From the NCBI RefSeq assembly GCF_009914755.1, contig NC_060925.1: a DNA stretch of 64,000 nucleotides; one strand, given 5' to 3'. The DNA comes from the human T2T-CHM13v2.0 reference genome, Homo sapiens. The notes beneath the pieces are model-generated. The model was not told where the DNA came from, ran no database searches, and saw only the letters and a program-made list of their open reading frames with translations. This document shows, in pieces, positions 1 through 15,656 of the stretch (positions are counted from its first letter, which is position 1; every line of letters starts with the position of its first letter). Both the position numbers and the translations under genes were made by a program.

Positions 1-262
1 ACCTCTAATCCCAGCACTTTGGGAGTTCAAGGCGGGCCGAGCACTTGAGGCCAGGAGATGGAGACGAGGCTGGCCAACATGGAGAAACCCCGTCTCTACA
101 GAAAATACAAAAATTAGCCGGGTGTGGTGGTGCACGTCTGTAGTCCCAGGTACTAGTGAGGCTGAGGCACAAGAATCGATTGAGCCCAGGGGGAAGGAGG
201 TCGCAGTGAGCAGAGATCACTCTACTGCACTCCAGCCTAAGCGATACAGCGAGACTCTATCT

Positions 263-330
<68 letters not shown>
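1..330 (+). mobile_element. Alu (5' end cut by window edge) with long poly-A tail followed by (AT)n
   Basis: Alu consensus sequence, A-tail ~264-297, (AT)n to ~330. Confidence 0.93.
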
Positions 331-333
<3 letters not shown>

Positions 334-1294
334 AGAGGGAGATAAATACCATGAAAATACAGGGAACAATATTTCAGAAAAATTTCAGGGAGTCCAGTGG
401 CCTGGCACCTGCCGGGATATCCCTCCATTTCTTCCGCTACTCCTAACAGCAAGTTCTAACACCAAGTGAGTCCCTTCTGCTTTTGGAGGCAGTGTTTGCT
501 ACATTTGAGTACACTGCCATGAATCATTTACCCATGTCTCCGAGAGGCTTCCAGCTTTAAGCACGACCCTGGGCAAAAGAATCTTTTCCAGATGAGTCAG
601 GAAATAGTATTGGTCATTTTGCTTCCTGACCTTTATGATCTAGCATATCCAATCATGCTCAAAGAATCTGTAATGGGTCAGAAGACTCAATGGAATCCAT
701 GGCATTCCTGGATAAATAATAATAATAATAATAATAAAATAAATAAAAAAATTCACAGCGAAGGCATCATAGTTTAAGGCAAAAGTATGCCTTTTTCTGC
801 TATTGTCCTTTCACTAAGTGGCTCTTAGCTTTCTACTACGCCTTGGTGAATAATAAACATCTAACTGTAAAGCCATAATTGAGCATACAACTTAAAGAGC
901 ACATTATAAACTAGTGCTATCATACCACACAGCTTTGAAATTTGGAATACTCCATGGTAATCCATCATCAGGTCAAAGTGTTATATGTCAAACCAGGCAT
1001 TTGATAATTCTCATGTCGTAAACAAGTTCTTTGAACGAGTGACTCACAATCCCTTATGCCTATTCCTGATACTCTCTCACTACTCTCTCAAACTACCTAT
1101 GCCCTCATCATTGCTCCCTACTAAAAAATACTAAGGAGAAAATAATACAGTAAGATCCTACAAAATATACATGCACCAGCCTGAAGTTCCATGCATACAG
1201 TAGGAACTCAATAAAGATTAATTGACTTGAATTGAATAAAACTGTTTGCAATAACTTTATAATTTCATAAGCTCCATTTTCTCTGATAGAGCAT

Positions 1295-1673
1295 TATCTT
1301 AGTTTGTTTTGTGCTATTATAACAGAATACCTGAAACTGGGTAATTTATAAAGGACAAAAATTTATTCCCTCACAGTTCTGGAGTCTGAGGTGTCCACGA
1401 TCAAGATGCCAGTAGATTAGGTCTCTGGTTCCAAGATTGTGTTCCCTTGCTACTCTCTAGAGTGAAGGAATATTGTGTCTTCACATTGTCGAAGAACAGA
1501 AGAGAGGGAAGCCACTCCTATAAGTTTTTTCTATAGCTGCATTAATTCATTCATTAAAATGGAGTCCTCATGATCTAAACACCTCCCATTAGGTCCCACC
1601 TCCCAACACTGTTGCACTAGGGATTAAGTTTCAACGTGAGTTTTGGAGGTGAAAAAAACATTCAAACCACCAC
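1295..1673 (-). mobile_element. ERVL-MaLR solo LTR (MSTD/MLT1A-like)
   Basis: MaLR LTR ends: tcttagtttgttttgtgctattataacagaatacc...cattcaaaccaccaca. Confidence 0.8.
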
Positions 1674-1769
1674 AAACATATAGAAGAAAAACTCTTTCAG
1701 AGGGCAGAGTTTTGAAAACACCCCTCATCCATATAGCCTCAGAGATGAGTCTGAATAGATTTATGAAGA

Positions 1770-2680
1770 CTGATTAATGGTTTGGCTAGAAAGAAGAAAA
1801 TTGGAGGTTGGTGATGAAAAGTTTCGGAGAACAGATATTTGAAAGGACTCTCAGAATGAGCACAGATATCAGCATATCAGCTACCTAGTAGGAGGCTTAT
1901 TGTATTGAATTCCACTCACAATGAAAGAAGAGCAATTTGTTCTTGCTTAATATCCTTATCCTGGGATTGATTATCTTTATTTGTCTCTCTCTCCATGTTA
2001 TCATTCATGGATTTACTAATATCACAGGTCATCTATGTTTTCCAGAAACACTGATTGCTATCAAGAAAAATTGAGTAATAGATGGGCTCCCCAGGGGTTC
2101 ACTAGAGCTATCACATACCATGTCATCATCCTGAACAGAGACTCTTATGAAAAGTTGGAGAAGTTATTTGAGGACTCAGTTAAAGATCAACTAACAACAC
2201 CTTGCAAAGTTGAGATGTCCTGTATAATGCTGCATATATCTTGAATAAATGACCAATATATGATATTCCTCCAAATGGGTCTAAAATTAAGTGGTACTTC
2301 TTGGTCAGAATACATGGATCTAAAACCCAAGAGATAAATTTCACAACCACATGCAATGAAATCACATTCAAGAGTTTTGCTTCTCATTCCTATAACTCAG
2401 AGCACTGCTTGTAGAGTGTTTTAGATACCAATGAAGGAATCCTTAAAATCAAATACAAAATGCTTTTACTGATTTGGAAATGGAATTTTCCTCTGAGTCA
2501 TTTCATGGTACTTTATTACAGGGAAATGAGCTAGATCGTTGTAGTTCTACTTGGAGTGGTTAATCCTAAGTACCAAGGAAAAATAGAGATGCTAGCTAAT
2601 GGGAGATGGGAGATTGGAGAAGCATGGATGAAATCCAGGTGATCTCATTGGTCATTTTGTCATCTTTTCATGTCTAGGGA
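1770..2680 (+). mobile_element. Highly degraded ERVL internal remnant (pol RNaseH/IN to dUTPase region)
   Basis: Segments resemble recalled HERVL-int (aatggtttggct...aaaattggaggttggtga; ccaatatatg; ttttgcttctcattcc; atcctaagtaccaagg). No intact ORF. Confidence 0.55.
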
Positions 2681-3765
2681 TAAGAGTTTTTTAGGATGCA
2701 CTTCCACTTAAACCAAGATGACCTAACAAGGACCAGATTTACTCTCCTGCCTCAACAACTACAAAGACAAAATATATGAAACAATAGTTTGTAAGACATT
2801 GAACATTAAGCAACAAGGGGCTGTGATCTCTCAGAGACAGAAAAGCCCTATGATTGCTCTGATTTACTGCCTGGAGAAAGTTTGCAGACTGTGGTGAAGG
2901 AAGGAAGAACTCAGGTAGGGCCCAGCAATCTTGCAGAGTTGAGGAGATGTGTCCGGCCACCTGCAGGGAACAAGACAACTATTTCACAGGACCGAATCCC
3001 GGCAGACAGGAAAGAATTAACAAAGAGATAACCCACATATTTGCAGAGCCCCCTGGTGTATTCAGTTGAGCACTGATCAGTGTGTGCATGTGAGCTACCC
3101 AAGACTGGAGAAATTTTTTAAAATTAAAGATTTGATGGCCAAAATTTTTTATAAAAATTGTAAACCCACATGAACAAAAAAGTCAATAAGCCTCAAGCAA
3201 AAGAAACATGGAAAAGCTACAGCTGCTGTTCAAAATGGCATTACTGTTCCAGACAAAATTAAATATAGACTTCGCTATGATCAAACAATTTCATTTCTGG
3301 TTATACACCTAAAGAGGTAAAAGCAGGGACTTGTGCAGTTATTTGTAAACCCATGTTCATAGCAGCATTAATCACAATATCCAAAAGGTGGAAGCAACCC
3401 AGGTCTTGTCCATCAGTGGGTGAATGGATAAACAAAAGGTGCTGTATACATACAATGGAATAATATTCAGGCTTAAAATGGAAGAAAATTCTGATACATA
3501 TGATGACATGCTGAATATATGATGTTAAATGAAATAATCTAGTCACAAAAAGAAAATGTAGTATGATTCTACTTATATAAGGTATTTAGAATAGTCGAAA
3601 ACTAAAGACAGATGGTTGAGCAGAGGTTATTAGTGGCTGGGTGAGTAGAAAGCAAGAAATTATTGTTTAATGGAATACAGAGTTTGGAAAGTTTGGAAAG
3701 ATAAAAAGGTTCTGAAAATGGGTGGTGGTGACAGTTGCACAACAATGTGAATGTACTTAATGTCA

Positions 3766-4221
<456 letters not shown>

Positions 4222-4447
4222 TCAGAGAAAAAAGAATCACATGCAAAATAATAAACATATGTTGACAGTGGCTGCCTCTTCCAAAACAATGCAAGCTATA
4301 AAACCAGTTGGACAATATCTTGTAAGTACTGAAAGAAAAAAAAAGTCAACATAGAATTTTTTACCCAGCAAAAATATTTATTGAAAAATGAAGATAAAAT
4401 TAACATTTTTCAGATATACAAAAGTGTTCATCACCAGCAGACCTGCA

Positions 4448-4978
4448 TTAGGAGACAATTTTCCATGGTTCTCCCACATTTCCATGTCTTGCAAGTGAAG
4501 AACTGAGTATTGTTTGTTCCAGACTAAGGTGTTCATAATGTTTGTATAGCAGACAATTTTGGAAGGTAAAGTCTTAGAAGCATTGGGAGATAATATCTCC
4601 CTCTTGAGCAAAGGGTAGGCATGTTTCCTGTCCTGTGTAATAAAGATAATTTCACTCTTCAGAGAAAATAACAAGAATTTTTGCTGCCAATTATAAACAT
4701 TTTGCATTACGTAAACTCTGGGCTCCTCTTTTGTAGTTCAACCCACTGTATGCATAGGGGTCATCTGGCCTTCTTTATGTCTCTCTTGGAAAATTAGGGC
4801 TTAGGGAACTAACACGAAAATGTCGATAATACTGTGTCTATTGCTAATACTGTGTGTAATAAACTGTCCAATGTACAGAAGTCTTATGCTTTCCACAAAC
4901 ACCCAAGAAGCTGTAGCAGGTTAAATTATTAGATTAAAATATTGGCTAACATTTTAGAGCCTTTACAGTTCCAGATAA
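4448..4978 (+). mobile_element. Probable old ERV solo LTR inserted in L1
   Basis: Interrupts L1 ORF1 3' sequence and contains an AATAAA at an LTR-like position. Family not identified. Confidence 0.4.
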
Positions 4979-5200
4979 CCTGCAAGAAACATAAAGGAAC
5001 TGCCTCAAGCAGAAGGAAAATAATACCAGATAAAAATGTGCATTTACATAAAGGAATGAAGAACAATCAAAATGATCAATATCTGGGTAATTGTATAGAA
5101 GTTTTTTGTTATTATTTAAACATTTTAAAAAATAATCAACTATTTGAAGTAAAAAAAATGAAAACAATGTGTTGTGGGATTCATAACATGTCTACAGTTA

Positions 5201-5471
<271 letters not shown>

Positions 5472-6010
5472 TTCTTATACTATATGTGAAGAGTTATAAT
5501 ATAACTTGAAGGTGGACTGTAAAAAGTTAAAGATGTATACTAAAAACCCTAAAGCAACTACTTTAATAATATGACAAAGAGTTATAGCTAATAAACCAAT
5601 AAAGGAGATAAAATGATCATGTAGCTGACTGGGAGTTGCCACCGCTACTACCCTGCACCACCAGAGAAAATCGTACTGCTTTCTACTGAATGTGTATAGC
5701 ACTCAAACTTTTGTAATGTCAAACCATTGTCTGTAGTAAATATCAGGGTAGAAATCCATGAATTCAAAAGTAGAAAAACAATGGGGAAAAAGGTTAATGA
5801 AACTGAAGTCTGGGTTTTTTGAGATCAAACTTCAGCCAGAATGATGAGCAAAGGAAAGAGAAGTCACAAATTTCCAATATCAAGCAGGAGAAAGGTGACA
5901 TCACTACAGATTCTGCAAATATTAAAAGTATAATGGAGGGAATACTCTAACAATTTTATGCCAATAAATTTTACAATTTAGAGAAAATGGATAAATTTCT
6001 TGAAAGATAC

Positions 6011-6296
6011 TGTGACAAAGAAACTTAGGCACATTAAAATTTTGAAGAGTTTATTTGAGCAGATAGTGATTCATGAATTGGGCAGCACCAAATCACTTTG
6101 GGCTCTAATGAGAGGGAACAAGGGGAAAACTTTTATAAGATGTTTTTGGAAGCAAGATAAAGAAAATATTTGATGGTTAAAGTGGAAAGTCTCTAGTTAG
6201 AAGTGAGTTGGTGGCTTCTGATTAGTTTGCTAGCATAAGAACCCAAGGCGCTGGAGCTATCTCAGCCCAGTGGCCTCCTAATTAATTTTTTTAACA
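6011..6296 (-). mobile_element. Short ERV1-class solo LTR
   Basis: TG...CA termini with 4-bp TSD ATAC (6007-6010 and 6297-6300); interrupts L1 ORF2. Confidence 0.7.
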
Positions 6297-6647
6297 ATAC
6301 AAACTACTAAAGCACATCCAGAAGAAAGTGATAACACGAATAGCCATAAATATACTAAAGAAATTGGATTTGTAATTCTAAGTCTTTCCACAAAGGAAAC
6401 TTCACATCCAGGTAGCTTCACTGCAGAATTCTACCAAATATTTGGAAGGAATAATACCTATTCTATACGAAATCTTCCAGAAAATTGAATAAGAAGCAAT
6501 CCATCCCAACATATTCTATGAGGCAAGCATTACATTGATATTACTCACGAGCAAAGATACAAAATTTCTAAATAATTTGGTAGCTAACAAAATTCAACAA
6601 TATATTAAAAAGATAATACATGTTGACCAATGGTAGATGTATCCCAG

Positions 6648-7112
6648 TGTAGCAGGATGAGCCATAGACAAGAACCTCTCAGACACCAAGTTGTAGAAGG
6701 AAAGGGTTTTATTCAGCTGGGAGCATCGGCAGACTCATGTCTCCAAAAACCAAGCTCCCCGAGTGAGCAATTCCTGTCCCTTTTAAGGGCTTACAACTCT
6801 AAGGGGGTCTGTGTGAGAGGGTCGTGATTGATTGAGCAAGCAGAGGGTATGTGACTGGGGGCTGCATGCACTGGTAATCAGAACGGAACAGAACAGGACA
6901 GGGATTTTCACGATGCTTTTCCATACGATGTCTGAAATCTATAGGTAACACAAGCAGTTAGGTCAGGGGTTGATTTTTTAACTACCAGGCCCAGGGTATA
7001 GTGCTGGGCTGTCTGCCTGTGGATTCCATTTCTGCCTTTTAATTTTTACTTCTTCTTTCTTTGGAGGCAGAAATTGGGCATAAGACAATATGAAGGGTGG
7101 TCTCCTCCCTTA
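6648..7112 (-). mobile_element. Solo LTR2 (HERV-E/Harlequin family)
   Basis: Reverse complement of TAAGGGAGGAGACCAC...TCCTGCTACA; 4-bp TSD CCAG (6644-6647 and 7113-7116). Confidence 0.9.
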
Positions 7113-9203
7113 CCAGGAATGCAAGATTGATTTAACATTCAGAAGTCAAAACCAACCAGTAAGCAAGCCTGCTCTCTGCCCCAGAGAAAAGACATTGCCT
7201 CACGCCTAAATGTTGCTTACTGCCAACATACATCTGAGCAATGGCCCAAGTAGAAAACGGCCAGGGTCTTGCGTTCTTGGAATACCCAGCAAGATGTACA
7301 GGAGCGTGAGAAGTTCATGCTGGAGTATCAACCTGCGGCTTCCTCCCCTTTCTCTTTGTTTTTAAAAGAAACCCTCCTTTCTCTTTTTAACTAATAGCTC
7401 CAGACCCAGGGATGAATTATGTTTAAAAGTAAATTTCCATTTTCAGTAGCCTTTAGCAAGGTGGTATCAAAACTTATTATGGTGCTTTATCCTGATGGAT
7501 TCAGACCAGCTGAAGCTAAAAAAGGACCCACTCTTTTCCGACCAGTGAACAATAGAACTTGCTTTAACCAATTGTGAGCCTACTCATGGACTCATTACCA
7601 CTTATCCAGAGTGCTGGTTTTCAATGCTTAATTAGCATAAGCACCAATTCCCCTTTTCTTTTACTTAAAAAGTCCTGACTTTTTTCAATGAGTGAATTTC
7701 TTTACTGGCAATATATTACTTTGCTTTGCAAGTTAACAAAATCAGCTCTGTTTTGTTTGGTTGGTTGGTCAGTTGGTTTGTTTGATCTCTACTGATACTG
7801 GTTTAAATCTTCAACAATCATGATTTGTCAAGATAAACATGGCAATCCCTTTCCTGTCTAGTCAGATACTTTCTCAGCCTCTTGTAGTTTTAGCCAACAA
7901 ACAACCACAAACAAATAACGGGGGACTCAGTTGGGAAATTTGTGTTCATGGGGTCTTTTTTTTTTTGCCCCCTGATATAAGAAAAACTGTTTTCCCACGC
8001 TCATCTTCCAATTGTAAGGCAATGTCATGAGGGCAAAAAGCCAATAAACCAAGGAAGAGAGAGTGTGGAAGGACAGAGAAAACCTGCGTCTTTGATGTCA
8101 TTTTCAAAATTCCAAGTTAGCCATGAGGCAAAGCTAAAGAACAGCTTAATAAAAACTTGGACCTTGGAATTGAGGTGTTATTAGTGACAGTCCCTAAAAT
8201 AAAGAAATGAATGAGTGAAGGAGGTATATCAGGACAGTGAGAACTCAAACATTCCAGGCTCAGAATATTGGCAAATGTTCCTTGATCCTGTGTCTTTCAG
8301 TGAAGTCCCACAAGAGAGGTTGAAAGTTCAAATGGAGGTGCCTGGCCTGAAAGAAACTGCAGCTTTGCTAAAAGAGATATTCATCGTAATCTGTTGCATG
8401 AATTTAACTGAGTTGTCCCATCATTGTAATCTTGTTGGGTTGGAACAGCCAACTTCTATACCCAACATCTAAACAAGCACCAGCACAGAAGTTATGGGTT
8501 TAATAGCAAATATTATTGACAAGTTTGAGACTCACCCCTTTTTGAAAATGTCTTCATTAAACGTGCTTGGAAGGATAAAAGGAATACGCTCGCCAGAAAA
8601 ATGCAGTTAAGCTTAGCATCTCCTAAGTAGAGGATAGTATTTCAAATTGCTGCAGTGCAGAGACCATTTAACTCTAGAAGAATGAGTAGCCTCAAGACTA
8701 GTGCTTAGGAAACTCATTGGACTTAAAAACTGTGTGTAGACAAAATCTTTGATTATGATAATTAGGACATGAAATTGATTAGAAACAAATAGAAAAACGT
8801 TAAATTTTTGAGAGAACTGTATTGTGACAAAAACGTGAGGCCTGGCTGCAGTTAGTTTATGACTATTCAACTTTTTAGTCTCAGAACTTACACCAAGTAG
8901 AATGGGATCATAAATGCATTGCATCCACCGTGAATTACCTCCTACCAATACAGGTCTGTCTCTGAAGGGCCATGGAAAATAATGGGAAAGAATTTTCCTA
9001 AAGAGCAGAAACCAACATTGACAAATGAGATTGGCCCATTGGGGAAGCTATTACATTGCAAAGGGTATTTAATATAGGCAGGACTGGAGCTAAGGTGAGG
9101 TGGATGAGGCACTCATCTGGGGCACAAAGTTCAAGCAGGTGCTAAAACACTCGGTAATTAAGATAAGTAATATTTTAATGCAATATTTAGAAAATCTAAG
9201 TGA

Positions 9204-9945
<742 letters not shown>

Positions 9946-10033
9946 TATAGTTGTTTTCTACTTCCCCTTTTCCCCAAAACTTCACGGTGGATTTCTAATT
10001 TTCTCCCTCACTGTATTTTAAGTGTGTTTGCAG

Positions 10034-10590
10034 TGTTGGGAAGAAGGATACATTCTCATTTACTCCCTTAGTATCTTCAATGGGGTCTAAGAATTAAATA
10101 ACCTTAAGACAGGTTAACAGGAGAAATGCACGCAAGTGTTGTTAATCTTTACATGTACAGGGCGCCTTACACAAAACAGTGAAGCTCCTAAGAAATGGCC
10201 AGAGTAGAAAGCTTTTTTACCTTTTGTTTTTAGTAGAAATAATAAATTTGTGAAATGGTGACAAAGAAGTTTGGGCTAGGGGTAGCAAATTGTGGGGAAG
10301 TCAAGGGAAAGGAGGGTGTAAAGCTAGCAGAAGTTAAGGGTGATTTTAGGAAGTTTATTTGTACAGATCTATTGCAGATCAATTCCCAGTCTCTAGTGAT
10401 AAGGGTTATTTTCTCATCCTGGTACAGGAAAGGCATCTTTCTCAGAAGAATTTTTAGGGCTTACAACAGGCAAGAAGGGGCAAGTCTGACAGTCTTTTCT
10501 GCAAGTGTTTTTTCTCTAGTATTTTCAGCTCTAAATAAGCAGTAAGCCAAATCTGCATATTTTGGGGTGGCATGTCCTTAACTCTTTCCA
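10034..10590 (-). mobile_element. ERV1 solo LTR (MER31/MER67-group-like)
   Basis: Terminal motif gcatattttggggtggcatgtcc typical of this LTR group. Confidence 0.6.
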
Positions 10591-11399
10591 TGTCAGACAA
10601 ATTGGTCTTTTAGTTACAGGTCACCACACATAAGAAGCCAAATCCAGACTTGCTTATCACCAGTGATATAGGGCTTCAAGCTGAATGTAGAAACTGGATG
10701 AGATTTGGGGGTTTATTCTCTAGGGCCAGGGGTAAATGCATATTTATTTTGGAGGATTGATATAATCCTCCAAATAAATATAATATATCACATTATATTG
10801 CCATATAATGTGATATATGGGAAAAAAAGTGTATGCAAATGATGCATAGTGAAAGAGGAAGACACCAGTGGATGCTTAATCAAGTAGCACCTTCTTAAGC
10901 CCATTTCTCCCTATTAGGACACATTCCCTTTTGCTACCTATGTAGTCTTTCCTTCTCTGCCTCTCCTATGGGTAGATGCAGTCATGTGACCCAATCCTAA
11001 CGCGAAAAATTCAGGAAGTCTGAAGGGTGGATGAAAAGGAGGCTTCTGAAAGTTGTTTTTCTTCTCAGTAAAAGGAAAGCTAGTTTCTTCCCATCTTCTA
11101 ATCCTGCCTGTGAGGAAAATTAATGTCTGGAGCTGCAGCAAATATCCTGGATTCATGAAGAAACAAGCATGAAGATGAAATTCAAAACGCCAATGATGGC
11201 GAAATAGAAGGATAGAAAAAGCCTGGATCCTTCCTGACATCTGTAGCAGACGCTGCTGATGCCCAGCCATTTATCTAGCCAGTGAATCCATCCTTCAGTG
11301 AAAGTGTCAAACAAGGGTGAGAGGAATGCAGAACAGGTGGTAGGGAGAGAAAATGATTGGGGTCAGTTGCAGTATTGGGACCCTCTTCCCTCCTCTTGT

Positions 11400-11905
11400 A
11401 AGATTCCCAGAAATTGTCATCAGCCAGAATCCTGGAAAATCTATGCTTGAAATGGAGTGAAGTGAATATGAGAAGGGAGTAGATGGGACTGGTCCAAAGG
11501 ACAGAACAATATTAGACACTGTTGGTACCAGCACAGGCCCCCCTTATCAGACCAAGTCACCATCCCTGTGCTGTTGTGAGTGCTAGCTGCTCATAGCTCA
11601 CAACAGCATCCTTCTCCTGAAAATCCTATGGGCTCACCTAGAAATGGCTGGAAGGTTGCAGCCCATAGCCAATGGCTGACTGATAGAAGGCAGGAGCCTG
11701 GCTTCTTGCCCAAGAGAGAAAAATTTCATGACACCATCCACACTCTAGAGCTCTCCATGGAGATCAGCCTGAAGCTCCTGAACCCACTTTATCACCTATT
11801 GCTTTCCTTGCCCTATTCTGCTTTCCTCATCCCCTTACCTTTCACCTGAGAGCTCGCTCTGAATAATCACACAATCTTTGTTTCTAAGAAGCCCAACCCA
11901 AGACC
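11400..11905 (+). mobile_element. Old ERVL LTR (LTR16-like)
   Basis: gctgctagctgctcatagctcac...gcccatagccaatggctgactga...cccaacccaagac pattern. Confidence 0.5.
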
Positions 11906-12096
11906 ACATCACCGCGTCCCATTTAACATTACGTTCCTCTTCTGCAGGACCTCTTGTTAGATAAACAATAGAAGACATCACCTTTAACACACCTTTTGGT
12001 TTTTCCTAACTAATATAGCAGTGGGTAAGAAATTATACTAAATACCATTTAGGACCTTCTAATCATTTCAGAAATGAGGACTATAGATTTTACCCA

Positions 12097-12492
12097 TGTT
12101 AGTTCGTTCTGGGTTGCTATAAAGGAATATCCGAGGCTGGGTAAATGTATAAAGAAAAGAGATTTATTTTTGGCTCAAGGTTCTGCAGACTGTACAAAAA
12201 GCATACTGCCAGCATCTGCTTTTGGTGAAGAACTCAGGAAGCTTCCAATCACAGAGGAAGGTGAGAGGGGAACAGACTCGTCACATGGTGAGAGAGGAAG
12301 CAAGAGAGATGCTATGCTTTTTTGAAAAACCAGCTATCACATGCACTAACTCATGACTGCAGGGAGGGCACCAAGCCATTCATGAGGGATCCACCCCCAT
12401 GACCCAAACACCTCCCACGAGGCTTCACTTCCAACATTTGGGTTCACATTTCAACATGAGATTTAGAGAGGACAAACATCCAAGCTATGTCA
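12097..12492 (-). mobile_element. MaLR solo LTR (MSTB-like)
   Basis: gttgctataaaggaatatccgaggctgggtaa...caaacatccaagctatgtca. Confidence 0.85.
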
Positions 12493-13329
12493 CTACCCAT
12501 GGTTCCTTCTTCATTAGCTTATACAAATAAGTATTAACAATAATTTTACTTTGTATAACCTTTCCACAACTATTATACATAGTGATGGTTAGTGATGCTG
12601 AAATTTGATATTATTCCATAAATGTAACAGGAAAACAATCATTTTCTCTCTTTTGGTAGTAGCATCCCAATTTTCCTATTGGGAATCACTCCTCTACATT
12701 CAGTGCCTGTGAACTGGTATCCTGATCTTGCCCTCAGCTCATGCCAGGCATGTGAGCCAGGCCTCACCCACCCCTCTAGCCACAATAATCATATCAGAAA
12801 TAGGAATGAAACGCAAGTTGCAACCATTGAGAATCAGGCTTAAGGGTTTTGCTGACACAATTAAAAAGGAGGTGCTATTCTCCCTCTGGCGTTGGAGACA
12901 GCCTTGGAGAAAGCCCAAATGTGCTGCAGATCACCATATAGAAGGAGTAGGTTGGGAATGGCACTAACACAGAAAAGAGCATCTCTCCAAGATGAAGAGA
13001 GAAAGAGCAAAAGCAAATCTGGACATTCTTGGAGTCCCTAGTTTCATCTCTACGCAAAGCCAAATTTATGCCCTGACTATTCATTTGCATGAAAGAATCT
13101 ATTTTGATTAAATCCCTTTGATTTGGGTTTGGAGTTACTTGAAATCTGAGTCCTGACTGGAGAGGAAATGCAGCATCCACATATTCCCCATGAATAGACA
13201 TAGAGGCGCACTACTCATGAGTGGCTGCTACAGTCATCCCATAGAAGAATGGGCCCTAATGTATTGAAATAAGCCACAATTATTGGATGTTTATGTTATT
13301 TCTTACTTATTTATATCTGAGAAATCTTT

Positions 13330-13644
13330 TTTATTTTTATTTGTTTGTTTATTTATTTTTGAAACAGAGTCTCACTCTGTCGCCCAGGCTAGAGTGCAGT
13401 GGCACAATCTCAGCTCACTGCAACCTCTGCCTCTCCACCTCCTGGGTTCAAGCAATTCTTCTGCCTCAGCCTCCCGAGTAGCTGAGGCTACAGGCACCCA
13501 CCATCACACCCAGCTAATTTTCGTATTTTTAGTAGAGACAGAGTTTCACCATGTTGGCCAGGATGGTCTCAAACTTCTTGACCTCAGGTGATCTGCCCGC
13601 CTCAGGCTCCCAAAGTGCTGGGATTACAAACGTGAGCCATCGCA
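13330..13644 (-). mobile_element. AluS
   Basis: Alu consensus, antisense. Confidence 0.93.
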
Positions 13645-14493
13645 TGAACAATTTTCGATGGCTATCACCCCACATACATTTTTGAACAATTCCCTAATTT
13701 CCTGGGATGAATTCCTAGGAATTAATTTTGGAAATAAATGATGTGCATACTTCTTAGAATTTTGATACACGCTGCTTTGTTTTCTTCAAGGTGACTAAAA
13801 CGGAAGCACTAAAATCTTCCATTCCAAATTCTAAAATTATTAACAGCGTAATTGGAAAAAGTGCACAAAATCTGCTCTGCTAGCTGACGTATATTTTTAA
13901 AAAGCTCTTGGACTCAAATTGAAGAAGGTGAAAATGGTGAACAATCTCAGGACTGCGCCTGATGCAGGGCATTGAGAAAAGCTTCTTTCTTCTTCTCGAA
14001 ATAAAATTCTGATGAGTCATTTTCTTCTAAAATTCCATACTCCATCCCACTGGCCACTTTGAAATTCCTCAAAAACTAGAACACGGGTTTTCACATCCTG
14101 TTTTTTGTTTTGTTTTGTTTTTGTTTTTTGCTTGAAAGAAGGGGCGGGTAGCAGGGTTCTTGCTTGGCTTGGCATTTACATGTTCACACGAAGTCGTAAA
14201 AGAGTAAAACATGTGACAGACTTTCCAAGAGTGGGTGGGAAGTTGGGCAGTTGTGAAACTTCTGGTGAAATGTGACAGCCAGAAAGAAGGCTGGTCTCTG
14301 GAGTATGATGCGTCTTTTCATGGATAACATGGAAAGTTTTGTGGGGGAGTTCAAAACTCAGCCCAGGTCCAAATAAGCAAAGAAATAAAACAGGCTTATC
14401 CAAAGCTGAAATAAAACTATGTCTAGAAAAGAACTTTGCTAAAGGAGTCCTCAAGCCTCCCAAGCAGCTAGGAGTACAGGTGCATGTCACTTC

Positions 14494-14738
14494 TTTTTTT
14501 TTATTTTATTTTATTTTATTATTATTATACTTTAAGTTTTAGGGTACATGTGCACAATGTGCAGGTTTGTTACATATGTATACATGTGCCATGTTGGTGT
14601 GCTGCACCCATTAACTCGTCATTTAGCATTAGGTATATCTCCTAATGCTATCCCTCCCCCCTCCCCCCACCCCACAACAGGCCCCAGTGTGTGATGTTCC
14701 CCTTCCTGTGTCCATGTGTTCTCATTGTTCAATTCCCA
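14494..14738 (-). mobile_element. Heavily 5'-truncated young L1PA (3'UTR only)
   Basis: tactttaagttttagggtacatgtgcacaatgtgcagg...cattgttcaattccca, the primate L1PA 3' end including its poly-G tract. Confidence 0.93.
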
Positions 14739-15477
14739 AGTAAATGATTCCATGGTGAAAGACAAGAAAAGAACTTCAATAGGATGAGGTGGTCTCATAC
14801 CAACCAAAGCTTGCATACCAACATTGCCAGGTGGGTGAGAATTGCATTCATTCCTAACCTCTTGAGGCTTCAGCATCCCAAGACTAGATGGTAGAAAATC
14901 TCAGTAGCTCTCCAGGCAAAGCTGGCCGGGGCAGTGGGGACAGGGGATTCAGAACGCTCACCCACGATGTCTGAAAAGCATCCAGAGAGATCACAATGCT
15001 TTGACTTCTGATATAACCTTTTGGGGTGTTTACGTACTTTTACATGCTTCAAGGAATAAAATGTCTAAATGGAATTCTAAAAAAAAAAAAAAAGAAAAGA
15101 AAAGAACTTTGCATATGGTTATGGTCCTCTAGAAATGTTTGGAAGCAGAAAGCTAGAACACTATTAAGACATTTTTTAAAAGAAAAAGAAAAAAACTGGA
15201 AAAAACGTTTTAAAATAGATTTTTAAATTAAAATATAGCATATATATACAAAAATGCACAAATGATCATTGTAAGCTTGTTGAAGTTTAGCAAAGTTAAA
15301 ATTCCTGTATAACCAGCACCCAGAGGAAGAAAAAGAACATTTCCCTGGATCACAGATTTCCCCATGCCCACGTTTATATATGTGAAATAAATAAACATAA
15401 AAACCCGAAACACCTCAGCCCAGAATTTCTTTCTAGCTCTTCTAAACCACTAGTCAGCAAGCTATATGACTTCAAGA

Positions 15478-15656
15478 TGGCTGCCCGTTTTTATAAAGAA
15501 ACTGATAGTGACACACAGCCATGCCATTCATTTACATATCGTCTATGGCTGCTTTCGCACTGCAATAGTAGGGCTGAGCAGCTTAGACGGAGACCAGATG
15601 GCCGCAAAGCCTAATTTGCTATCTGGCCCTTTATAGAAAGACTCGACTGACCCCTG
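15478..15656 (+). mobile_element. hAT-Charlie MITE (MER58A-like)
   Basis: cacagccatgccattcatttacatatcgtctatggctgctttc...ctgacccctg. Confidence 0.75.
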
